In this document: positions 43,801 through 51,873 of the stretch, in pieces | Numbering within the stretch: position 1 is the stretch's first letter | Layout of the letters: every line of letters starts with the position of its first letter | NCBI GenBank assembly: GCA_965199855.1 | Contig: OZ241326.1 | Location: 2,211,908 to 2,275,907, forward strand | Length of the DNA stretch: 64,000 nucleotides | Direction: 5' to 3' | Source of the DNA: a bacterium | GTDB lineage: Bacteria; UBA8248 | Made by a program: the position numbers and the translations under genes | The notes under the pieces: generated by a model | Database searches by the model: none | Told to the model about the DNA's origin: nothing | Seen by the model: the letters and a program-made list of their open reading frames with translations, nothing else

Positions 43801-44892
43801 ATGAGCGATCCCTCCTCCGAAGCGCCTCCAGAAGCGGCGTCCCTCCCGAGCGAGCGGGTGAAGGTTCGGGACGCGCCCGAGGCGCTCGCGCGTCTCCTCG
43901 AGGCGAGGGGATGGGGCGACGGCCTGCCCGTCGTTCCCCCCACGCCCGGGCGCGTCGCCCGCATGGTGGAGGGGGCGGGGCTGGCCGCTGGGGAGGAAAT
44001 CGGCCGGATGCCGCCCCGCCAGGGAGTCGTCACGGTCGAGGCGCTCGCCGTCAACGCCGTGATGGCCGGATGCCTCCCGGCCTACATGCCCGTTCTCGTG
44101 GCGGCGGCGCGGGGGGCGCTCCAGCCGGAATTCTCGCTCCACGCGCTCCAGGCGACGACCCACCCGGTGGCGCCCCTGATCATCGTGAACGGCCCCGTCG
44201 CCGCGAGAATCGACATGAACGCGGCGTATGGATGCTTCGCCCCCGGAAACCGGGCGAACGCGACGATTGGCCGCGCGATGCGCCTGACGCTCCTGAACGT
44301 AGGCGGGGCGAGCCCGGGCGTTCTGGATCGCGCCACCCAGGGCTCGCCCGCGAAATACGCATTCTGCATCGCCGAGAACGAGGAGGAATCCCCCTGGGAG
44401 CCGCTGCACGTCGAGCGCGGCTTCGCGCCCGGGGAGAGCGCCGTCACGGTCGTGGGCTGCGAGGGGCCCCACAACGTCAACGATCACGTGAGCCACGCGG
44501 CGGAGGGCATTCTCGCCGCCGCCGCCGACACGATGTCCGTCATGGGCGGCAACAACTTCTATCTGAGGGGCGAGCCGCTCCTCGCGCTCGGCCCCGAGCA
44601 CGCGGCGACGATAGCGGGGGACGGGCTGTCGAAGGCGGACGTGAAGCGAAGGATTTTCGAGCTCGCCCGAAAGCCCGCGCGCCAGCTCCGGCGCGGCGCC
44701 ATGTGGGGGATGCAGACCTGGGGGGAGGAGATAGCGAGAAACGAGGGAGATGACGACTACGAGATTCCGCTTCTGGATCGGCCCGAAGACCTCATCGTCA
44801 TCGTGGCGGGCGGCGCCGGCAAGCACTCCTCCTACCTGCCGACGTTCGGCCCCACGCGCTCGGTGACCACCCGGGTCGATTCGCCGGCCTGA
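43801..44892 (+). CDS. conserved hypothetical protein (363 aa), operon partner of the selenoprotein
   Basis: Clean 363-aa ORF 46 nt after the selenoprotein stop. Codon usage is like its neighbours. Distinctive segments are RGWGDGLPVVPPTPGRV, AVNAVMAGCLPAYMP, YGCFAPGNRANATIGRA and VVGCEGPHNVNDH. I recognise no family. Confidence 0.7.
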   Translation: MSDPSSEAPPEAASLPSERVKVRDAPEALARLLEARGWGDGLPVVPPTPGRVARMVEGAGLAAGEEIGRMPPRQGVVTVEALAVNAVMAGCLPAYMPVLVAAARGALQPEFSLHALQATTHPVAPLIIVNGPVAARIDMNAAYGCFAPGNRANATIGRAMRLTLLNVGGASPGVLDRATQGSPAKYAFCIAENEEESPWEPLHVERGFAPGESAVTVVGCEGPHNVNDHVSHAAEGILAAAADTMSVMGGNNFYLRGEPLLALGPEHAATIAGDGLSKADVKRRIFELARKPARQLRRGAMWGMQTWGEEIARNEGDDDYEIPLLDRPEDLIVIVAGGAGKHSSYLPTFGPTRSVTTRVDSPA

Positions 44893-45005
44893 GCGAAAGC
44901 GGGAAAACGAGGCTTCGTCCCCGCCGGGAGCGCCCCCCCTCTCGCCCGGCTTCACGGATTCCCCAAAATCCCGCTCCGCGCGCGGCCCGCGAATTGCGTC
45001 TTCGC

Positions 45006-45035
45006 GTTGCCCGCGGCTTCGCCTCCGTGCTAGAT
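45006..45035 (+). promoter_or_regulatory. candidate sigma70-type promoter of the ridA-yqeB...xdhC operon
   Basis: TTGCCC (45006-45011), an 18-nt spacer, then TAGATT (45030-45035), in the 177-nt gap upstream of ridA. GAGGGAG SD lies before ATG 45070. Pattern match only. Confidence 0.35.
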
Positions 45036-45069
45036 TCCCGCTTCCGTAGAGCCTCAGAGGGAGAAAGCC

Positions 45070-45471
45070 ATGCCGAAGCAGCAGATCGACTCGGAGAAGG
45101 TGAGGCCGGTGGCCGCGTATTCCACGGGCTGGAAGGTGTCGAACGGGCATCTCGTCATGCTGGCGGGCCAGGTGGCGACCGACACGGAGGGCCGCACCGT
45201 CGGCGGAGACGACATCAAGGCCCAGGCGCGGCAGGTCTATGAGAACGTCAAGGCCGCGCTCGAGGCCGCCGGCGCCGGAATGGAGGACGTCATCCGCCTC
45301 ACCGTCTATCTCACGGATCGGGCGAATTTTCCGGGAAGCGCGGAGGTGCGGCAAGCCTACTTCAGCCCGCCCTATCCGGCGAGCACGCTCCTCATCGTGA
45401 GCGGACTGGCGAACCCGGAATGGCTCATCGAAATCGACGCCGTCGCCTTCGTGGAGGACGGGACGCCGTGA
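45070..45471 (+). CDS. RidA-family (YjgF/UK114) protein
   Basis: 133 aa. Contains LVMLAGQVA, AQARQVYENVKAALEAAGAGMEDVIRLTVYL and IEIDAVA. Confidence 0.88.
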   Translation: MPKQQIDSEKVRPVAAYSTGWKVSNGHLVMLAGQVATDTEGRTVGGDDIKAQARQVYENVKAALEAAGAGMEDVIRLTVYLTDRANFPGSAEVRQAYFSPPYPASTLLIVSGLANPEWLIEIDAVAFVEDGTP

Positions 45472-46325
45472 GAGGCGGCAGGGCGGTTTCCGAGACGCTC
45501 GTTCTCGTGAAGGGGGGCGGCGACCTCGCCACCGGCGCGGCGCACCGCCTGCGCCGCTCGGGCTTTCCCGTGATGATGACGGAAATCGAGCGTCCGACCA
45601 TGGTCCGCCGCGCCGTCTCCTTCGCCGAATGCCTCTACGCCGGCGAATGGCGGGTGGAGGGCGTGGCTTCCGCGAGGGCGGAGGGCGGCTCCCTGGAGGA
45701 GAAAATCGCCGGCGCGCGCGCGCTGATGGAGGCGGGCGCCGTTCCCGTGATGGTCGATCCGCGCGCCGAGGCGGTCGCCCGCGTCCGGCCCGCCGTCGTG
45801 ATCGACGCGATTCTCGCCAAGCGAAACCTCGGCACCCGCATCGAGGACGCCGAGGTGGTCATCGGCCTGGGGCCCGGCTTCACGGCGGGGGTCGATTGCC
45901 ACGCCGTCATCGAGACCGCCCGGGGGCACGACCTGGGGCGGGTGATACTCGAAGGGGCGGCGAAGCCGGACACGGGCGCGCCGGGCGCCATCGCGGGCTA
46001 CGCCGCCGAGCGGCTGCTGCGCGCCCCGCGCGCCGGCGCGTTCGCCTCCGCCGCCCGCATCGGGGACGCGGTGCGGGCGGGACAGGCCGTCGCCCGGGTG
46101 GACGGGGAGGAGGTGACGGCCCGCATCGACGGCGTCCTGCGCGGCCTGCTCAGGGACGGCATCGAGGTGAGCGCGGGCTTCAAGGTGGGCGACGTCGACC
46201 CCAGGGCCGAGCCTTCCCACTGCGTGACGATATCGGACAAGTCGCGCGCCGTCGGCGGCGGCGCGCTCGAGGCCGTCATGATGTTCCTGTTCGGCGTCTC
46301 CCCGGCCGCGGAGCGCGCGAATTGA
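45468..46325 (+). CDS. yqeB: YqeB/EF2563-family selenium-dependent molybdenum hydroxylase system protein
   Basis: In-frame part of ORF 45420..46325. GTG 45468 overlaps the ridA stop (GTGA). LVLVKGGGDLATGAAHRLRRSGFPVMMTEIERPTMVRRAVSFAE...VIDAILAKRNLGT...GLGPGFTAGVDCHAVIETARGHDLGRVI...IDGVLRGLLRDG...VTISDKSRAVGGGALEA matches my memory of the YqeB/EF2563 family closely. Confidence 0.8.
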   Translation: MRGGRAVSETLVLVKGGGDLATGAAHRLRRSGFPVMMTEIERPTMVRRAVSFAECLYAGEWRVEGVASARAEGGSLEEKIAGARALMEAGAVPVMVDPRAEAVARVRPAVVIDAILAKRNLGTRIEDAEVVIGLGPGFTAGVDCHAVIETARGHDLGRVILEGAAKPDTGAPGAIAGYAAERLLRAPRAGAFASAARIGDAVRAGQAVARVDGEEVTARIDGVLRGLLRDGIEVSAGFKVGDVDPRAEPSHCVTISDKSRAVGGGALEAVMMFLFGVSPAAERAN

Positions 46326-47206
46326 GTCCCGACATTCTGGCGGAAACGGTGGAAAGCGGCGCCTACCGCATCGGGCGCAGCGAAATCCCGATCAACCAGG
46401 CGAACGGCAACGCCTTCGTCCCCCCCGCGCAGTTCTATCTGGCGGCGGGCGACGCGCTCGAGCGCATCGCGTGGGCGGTGAGCCAGAACCTCCCCGTCCT
46501 GCTCGTCGGAGAGACCGGCGTCGGCAAGACGCTCTCGGTGCGCTACCTCGCCCACATGACGAACAACGGCTTCAGGCGCGTGAACCTCAACGGCATGACC
46601 ACGGTCGATGAATTCGTGGGCAAGCTGATGATCAACGAGCAGGGCACCTACTGGGTGAACGGCATCCTGATCGACGCGATGCAGTCGGGAGACTGGCTGC
46701 TCATCGACGAGATCAACGCCTGCCTGCCCGAAATCGCCTTCTGCCTCCACAGCCTGCTCGACGACGACCGCATGATCGTCCTCTCGGAGTATGACGGCCG
46801 CGTCGTCAAGCCCCATCCGGACTTCAGGCTCTTCGCCAGCATGAACCCCCACGAGGACAGGAGATACGGCGGCACGAAGCCCCTGAACGAGGCGCTTCTG
46901 GATCGCTTCCCCGTCACCGTGAGGATGGACTACCTGCCCTTCGAGGCGGAGGTCGAGGTCATCATGCGGCAGAGCGGGAACGGCGACGAGGAGCTCGTCC
47001 GGCGCATGGTGCGCGTGGGCCACGACGCGCGCGAGGCCATGAGGAACGAAAAGGTGTTCTGCACCTTCAGCACCCGGCGCCTGATTGACTGGGCGCGCAT
47101 GGCGGCGCGGTTCGACCCCATGGAGGCCGCCGTCTCGACCATCTTCAGCAAGGTCAACTCGTTCGACGCCAAGGTGCTCGAGGACATCGTGGACAACCAC
47201 TTCTAG
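46322..47206 (+). CDS. CobS-like AAA+ ATPase (AAA_5 / MoxR-type)
   Basis: In-frame end of ORF 45629..47206. TTG 46322 overlaps the yqeB stop (TTGA). Walker A LLVGETGVGKT, Walker B DWLLIDEINA, then FRLFASMNP...LNEALLDRFPV. 294 aa. Confidence 0.8.
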   Translation: MSPDILAETVESGAYRIGRSEIPINQANGNAFVPPAQFYLAAGDALERIAWAVSQNLPVLLVGETGVGKTLSVRYLAHMTNNGFRRVNLNGMTTVDEFVGKLMINEQGTYWVNGILIDAMQSGDWLLIDEINACLPEIAFCLHSLLDDDRMIVLSEYDGRVVKPHPDFRLFASMNPHEDRRYGGTKPLNEALLDRFPVTVRMDYLPFEAEVEVIMRQSGNGDEELVRRMVRVGHDAREAMRNEKVFCTFSTRRLIDWARMAARFDPMEAAVSTIFSKVNSFDAKVLEDIVDNHF

Positions 47207-47221
47207 CCGGGAGACGCAGGC

Positions 47222-48991
47222 ATGGAGCGCCGACGCGCCCGCCTCGAGACCCTCGCGCAGGTGACGGCGCGCGACTACGGCCTCGCCCTGCTGTTCGGCT
47301 CCCGGACGGAGACCGGGGACGACGCCGTCCTCGTCGAGGACCCGGAGCGGACCCTGGCGCGCCTGGGCGGCGGCCTCGACGACGAGCGCGTCCTGCGATA
47401 CCAGAAGGGCATGACGCTCATCGAGGTGGCCCGCAGGCTCCAGGGGACGCTTCGCTGGGCGGGCCGCGCGGCCCTCGCCAACCGGGAGACGCCGGGCCTT
47501 TTCCACCTCTGGCGCGCCCTCGAGGACGCCAGATGCGAGAACCGCCTCGCCGAGTCGCTGCCCGGCACGAGAAAGAATTTCCGCGCCTTCGTCCGTCCCG
47601 CGATCGAGGACGCCGAGCGAAGCCACGCGCGGGGGGAGCTCCCCCTGCTTCTCCAGATTCAATGGGGCATCTACCTCGCCGGCGTCGGCCAGACGCCCGG
47701 CGCCGCCTCCTCAAGGCCCGGGGATTTGCCCTCGGCCTGGTTCGATTCCGTCATCGCCCAGATTCTTCAGAGGCTCGTCCCGATCATCGACCGCGCCTGC
47801 GCGGCCAAAGAGCCGAAGACCGCCTTCGACTGCGCGAACGAAATCTACGACGCCGTGCGGCGCTTCCTCACCGAGGAGCAGCTCGCGCAGATGCGCGAGA
47901 GCGAGGAGCTCTCGGAGCTTCCGGATGAAATTCTGGAGAAAATCGAGAACCAGAAACTCCAGGGGGAGGAGTCCGAGTCGCCGGAGGCGCTCCACCCGGA
48001 GGCGCTCGACGAGGTGGACGCGGACGAGGGCGAGCAGGTCGAGCTCACGCCCGAGGAGCTCGCCGCCCTGGGCCGCTGGGCGTCTCCCTGGTTCGAGATG
48101 GAGGGCGGCGGGAAGGAAGTCCACCCGACGGCGGAGCATCCCGACGAGCGCACCATCGTCCTGCCCCCGGAGGGCAAGGCGGAGGAATACGCGGCGATCA
48201 TGGACGGCGCGGGCAGCCACATCAAGGTGCTGGCGTGGAAGCTCACGCAGATCATTCAGGAGAGAGCCTACGCCCGCTTCAGCGGCTCGCACCGCTCCGG
48301 CAAGCTGAACGTCCCGAAGCTCTGGAAGCAGCGCCTGGGCAAATTTCATCTTTTTCACCGCAAGGAGGAGCCCGAGAAGCTCGACGTCTGCTTCACCCTC
48401 CTCGTGGACGAGAGCGGCAGCATGAACCGCGAATCGAAATACGTAGCCGCCAGGGAGGCGACCGTGTTCTTCGCGGAAGTCCTCGACCGGCTGGACGTGC
48501 CCTTCGAGGTGATCGGCTACTCCACCGAGAGCTCGGAGGCGGCCATGGCGGCCGCGCTCGGCCACATCCCCGCCTTCAAGTTCAGGCACATCCGGCACTC
48601 CCCCCTTCAGCACCGCATCTACAAGGGCTTCGAGGACGCCTTCCCCCAGGTCAAGAACCGTCTCGTCAACATTTATCCGCGCTTCAACAACTGGGACGAG
48701 GAGCATCTGCTGTTCGCCTACCGAAGGCTCAGCCAGCGGCCCGAGGAGGAGAAGATCATCATCATCACCTCGGACGGCCAGCCCAACGGCGACGCGGCCC
48801 ACCTCGTGAGCGCGGTCGGCCGCCTCCAGGCGCTCGGCGTGCGGATCATCGGCGTCGGCGTGGTGGACCCCTTCGTCGAGCAGATCTACCCGAACCACAT
48901 CGTGGTGCAGGACCTCTCCCAGCTCTCCACGGAGCTGGTGAACATTCTGCGGCGCGAGCTGCTCGGGGGGGCGGAGGGCCGCCCTTGGTAG
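47222..48991 (+). CDS. CobT-like protein with C-terminal von Willebrand factor A domain
   Basis: 589 aa. Helical N-terminal part, acidic linker, then a VWA domain with MIDAS motif LLVDESGSM...IIITSDGQPNG. Begins 15 nt after the AAA+ gene. Confidence 0.8.
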   Translation: MERRRARLETLAQVTARDYGLALLFGSRTETGDDAVLVEDPERTLARLGGGLDDERVLRYQKGMTLIEVARRLQGTLRWAGRAALANRETPGLFHLWRALEDARCENRLAESLPGTRKNFRAFVRPAIEDAERSHARGELPLLLQIQWGIYLAGVGQTPGAASSRPGDLPSAWFDSVIAQILQRLVPIIDRACAAKEPKTAFDCANEIYDAVRRFLTEEQLAQMRESEELSELPDEILEKIENQKLQGEESESPEALHPEALDEVDADEGEQVELTPEELAALGRWASPWFEMEGGGKEVHPTAEHPDERTIVLPPEGKAEEYAAIMDGAGSHIKVLAWKLTQIIQERAYARFSGSHRSGKLNVPKLWKQRLGKFHLFHRKEEPEKLDVCFTLLVDESGSMNRESKYVAAREATVFFAEVLDRLDVPFEVIGYSTESSEAAMAAALGHIPAFKFRHIRHSPLQHRIYKGFEDAFPQVKNRLVNIYPRFNNWDEEHLLFAYRRLSQRPEEEKIIIITSDGQPNGDAAHLVSAVGRLQALGVRIIGVGVVDPFVEQIYPNHIVVQDLSQLSTELVNILRRELLGGAEGRPW

Positions 48992-49011
48992 CGGAAGGCG
49001 GCCTCGCGCGG

Positions 49012-49812
49012 ATGATCGGCGCCCGAGCGGGGCGGATCGTCGCGGCGGTCGGGGCGGGGGGGAAAACGAGCCTGCTCACGGCGCTCGCCCGGGAGTTTCA
49101 CGCCCGAAGCGGCGCGCCCGCCCTCCTCACGACGACCACCAGAATTTTCGCGCCCCTGCCGGAGGAGGGGATTCCCCTCGCCCTGGGCGACGCCGCCGCC
49201 CTCTCGAGGAGGCTGCGCCCCTACATGAGAGCCTGCGGCGTCTCCTGGCTCGCCCGCGGACGCGAGGGCCGCGCGCCGGTTCCGGGCCGGGAGGGCGAGC
49301 GCCGCATGAAGCTGCGCGGCTTCGCGCCCTCCGAAATCGAGGGATTGCGTCTCGCGGAGGGCCTCACCCTCATCGAGGCGGACGGGGCGAGGCGCCTGCC
49401 CGTCAAGGCGCCCGGCGCGCGGGAGCCCGTCCTGCCCGAAGGCGTGGACGCCGTGCTGGGCGTCGTGGGGCTGGACGCCCTGGGCGCGCCCCTGGACGAG
49501 GCCCATGCGTTCCGCCCGGAGCTGCTCTCGCGGATATGCCGCCTGGACGCCGGCGCGGAGATCACGGCGGAGGCGATCGGGGCGCTGTGCGCGCACCCCG
49601 AGGGGCTGTTTCGCAAGGCGGACGGCGGCGCGCGCAGGTGGATCGTCCTCAACAAGGCCGATTTGGAAGCCTCGCTGGAAAAACGAAGAAAGATCGCCTA
49701 TACTATCCGGGAAATGGCGGGAAAGCCCCATGGGCCGGCGGACGGGGTTCTCCTGACCTCCTGCCTGAAGAACAGGCCGGAAGTTTTGCTGCGAATCGGG
49801 CCGGACGCCTGA
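49012..49812 (+). CDS. yqeC: YqeC-family selenium-dependent hydroxylase accessory protein
   Basis: In-frame end of ORF 48235..49812, starting at ATG 49012 (alternative TTG 48985). VAAVGAGGKTSLLTALA (P-loop), LLTTTTRIFAP, LIEADGARRLPVKAPGAREPVLP and HPEGLFRK...WIVLNKADL match the YqeC pattern I remember. Confidence 0.8.
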   Translation: MIGARAGRIVAAVGAGGKTSLLTALAREFHARSGAPALLTTTTRIFAPLPEEGIPLALGDAAALSRRLRPYMRACGVSWLARGREGRAPVPGREGERRMKLRGFAPSEIEGLRLAEGLTLIEADGARRLPVKAPGAREPVLPEGVDAVLGVVGLDALGAPLDEAHAFRPELLSRICRLDAGAEITAEAIGALCAHPEGLFRKADGGARRWIVLNKADLEASLEKRRKIAYTIREMAGKPHGPADGVLLTSCLKNRPEVLLRIGPDA

Positions 49813-49842
49813 GAGGAGGCGGCCCGCCTGCGCGGAGGAGAG

Positions 49843-50988
49843 ATGAGCGAGGACGTTTTCAGGGAAATGGCGAGGATGAAGGAGAAGGGGCAGGCGGGCG
49901 CGCTCGCCACCGTCGTGGCCCGCAAGGGCTCCGCGCCCATGAGCGGCGACGCGAAGATGCTCGTGCGCGAGGACGGCAGCGCCGAGGGCACCGTCGGGGG
50001 CGGCTGCCTGGAGGCCGAGGTCTGGGAGACCGCGATGAGCGTCCTCGAAACGGGCGCGCCCGAGAAGCTCTCCTTCGACCTCACCCAGAAGGAGGCGGAG
50101 GACAGCGGCCACATCTGCGGCGGCGTGGTGGAGATACTGGTGGAGCCGCTCCGGGCGTTTCCCCGGGAGCTGCTCGATGAGATCAACCGCGTGAAAAACC
50201 GGGGCGGAAGTGCCGCGCTGGCGACCATCGTCCAGCCGGGGGCGCTCGACATCCCGAAGCCCGAGGCCGGGAAAATGCTCTTCAGGCGCGACGGCAGCTC
50301 CGTGGGGGAAATTCCGCGCTATTCGGCGGAAGTCTGGGCGGAGAGCGCGCAGGTGATTCGCCAGGGCAGCCCCACCCTCCTGCACTTCAGCCAGGGCGCC
50401 GCGCGCGGCGGAGGAAAGAAGCCCGCGCCCGGCGAGGCGACCGAAATTTTCGTGGAGCCCATCTCCGGCCAGCCGCTCGTCTATATCTTCGGCGGCGGGC
50501 ACGTATCCTTCTGCGTCGCGCAGGCGGCCTGGCTCGCCGGCTTCCGGGTCGCCATCGTGGAGGACAGACCCTCCTTCGCCAACAAGGAGCGCTTCCCGAT
50601 GGCCGAGGCGTTCCACGTGGGCGATTTCCCGGAAGTTTTCAGGGAAATTCCGGTGGACGAGGCGGACTACCTGGCCATCATCACCCGGGGCCACGCGAAC
50701 GACGAGGTCGTCCTCGAATGGGCGATGAAGACGAAGGCGCGCTACATCGGGATGATCGGCTCGAAGAGCAAGGTGCTGCTCACCTACCGCCATCTTCAGG
50801 AGAAGGGCTTCGCGCGGAGCGAGCTCATCGAGCGCGTCCACGCGCCCATCGGCCTGGACATCGGCGCCGACACGCCGGGCGAGATCGGAATCGCCATCGC
50901 CGCCGAGTTCGTCCGCCATCGCCGCCGGGGCGAGGCGGAAAGCGAGGGCGCGGGCAGCAAGCGGGTGCGCCTGGGAAGAAAGGCGTAA
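49843..50988 (+). CDS. XdhC/CoxI-family molybdenum-cofactor insertion chaperone
   Basis: 381 aa. N-terminal XdhC_CoxI segment ALATVVARKGSAPMSGDAKMLV...GTVGGGCLEAEV. C-terminal Rossmann part LVYIFGGGHVSFCVAQAA...IITRGHANDEVVLEWAM...YIGMIGSKSK. Confidence 0.88.
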   Translation: MSEDVFREMARMKEKGQAGALATVVARKGSAPMSGDAKMLVREDGSAEGTVGGGCLEAEVWETAMSVLETGAPEKLSFDLTQKEAEDSGHICGGVVEILVEPLRAFPRELLDEINRVKNRGGSAALATIVQPGALDIPKPEAGKMLFRRDGSSVGEIPRYSAEVWAESAQVIRQGSPTLLHFSQGAARGGGKKPAPGEATEIFVEPISGQPLVYIFGGGHVSFCVAQAAWLAGFRVAIVEDRPSFANKERFPMAEAFHVGDFPEVFREIPVDEADYLAIITRGHANDEVVLEWAMKTKARYIGMIGSKSKVLLTYRHLQEKGFARSELIERVHAPIGLDIGADTPGEIGIAIAAEFVRHRRRGEAESEGAGSKRVRLGRKA

Positions 50989-51032
50989 AAGCCTCTCGCC
51001 TCCGGCCCCCGAGCGGGATTCGCCCGAACGCC

Positions 51033-51845
51033 ATGAGCCACCTGCGCGCGCTCGCCGCGGCGGCGACGGACTTCCTCATCCCCCCGAAATGCCTTTTGTG
51101 CGCGAGCGCCCTGGAAATCGGCGGCGCGCGGACGATATGCGCGCCCTGCGACGAGGCGCTCGATCGCTTCGAGCCGCCCTGGTGCCCCAGGTGCGGCGCG
51201 CCCTTCCCCTCCCACGCCGCCCTGTCGCACTCCCCCGCCCACCACTGCGCGGAGTGCGCGGAAAACGTCTTTCACTTCGACGGGGCGCGCGCCGTCGGCG
51301 CCTTCAAGGGCTCTCTCCGGGAGCTGGTCCACCTGTTCAAATACGGAGGCGTCACCAAGCTGGCGCACGAGTTCGCCCCCCGGCTCGCCGCGCTCGCCGC
51401 GGACGAGCTGGGCGTCGGGCGGGACGATCCGGACGTGATCGTAACCCACGTGCCGATAGCGTCCGCGCGCTGGCGGGAGCGGGGCTTCGATCAAACGCGC
51501 CTGCTCGCGCTCCGGACGGCGAAGAGCCTCGGAGCGCCGCACGCGGACTGTCTGGAGCGCGCGAAGGAGACCCGTCCGCAAACCGGGCTCTCCGCGAGCG
51601 AGCGGCGCCGCAACGTACGGGGCGCCTTCCGGGCGCGCCCGAAGGCGGCGCGGATGCTCGAAGGGAAGACGTGCATCCTCCTCGACGACGTCATCACCAC
51701 CGGCTTCACCGCCTCGGCCTGCGCCCGCGAGCTCAAGCGGGCGGGCGCCGCCGCCGTGCACGCGCTCACCATCTGCCGCTCGCGAGGGCCCGCGCCCCCG
51801 CCGCGCGCGGAGGGGGTCAACGAGAGGGCTACGCATAACCTGTAA
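51033..51845 (+). CDS. ComF-family phosphoribosyltransferase-domain protein
   Basis: In-frame part of ORF 50718..51845, starting at ATG 51033. N-terminal paired Cys motifs (PPKCLLCA...CAPC, CPRCG...CAEC). PRTase loop CILLDDVITTGFT. Confidence 0.85.
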   Translation: MSHLRALAAAATDFLIPPKCLLCASALEIGGARTICAPCDEALDRFEPPWCPRCGAPFPSHAALSHSPAHHCAECAENVFHFDGARAVGAFKGSLRELVHLFKYGGVTKLAHEFAPRLAALAADELGVGRDDPDVIVTHVPIASARWRERGFDQTRLLALRTAKSLGAPHADCLERAKETRPQTGLSASERRRNVRGAFRARPKAARMLEGKTCILLDDVITTGFTASACARELKRAGAAAVHALTICRSRGPAPPPRAEGVNERATHNL

Positions 51846-51873
51846 TTTTTCCCGCCCGTCAGGAGGAGCAAAA

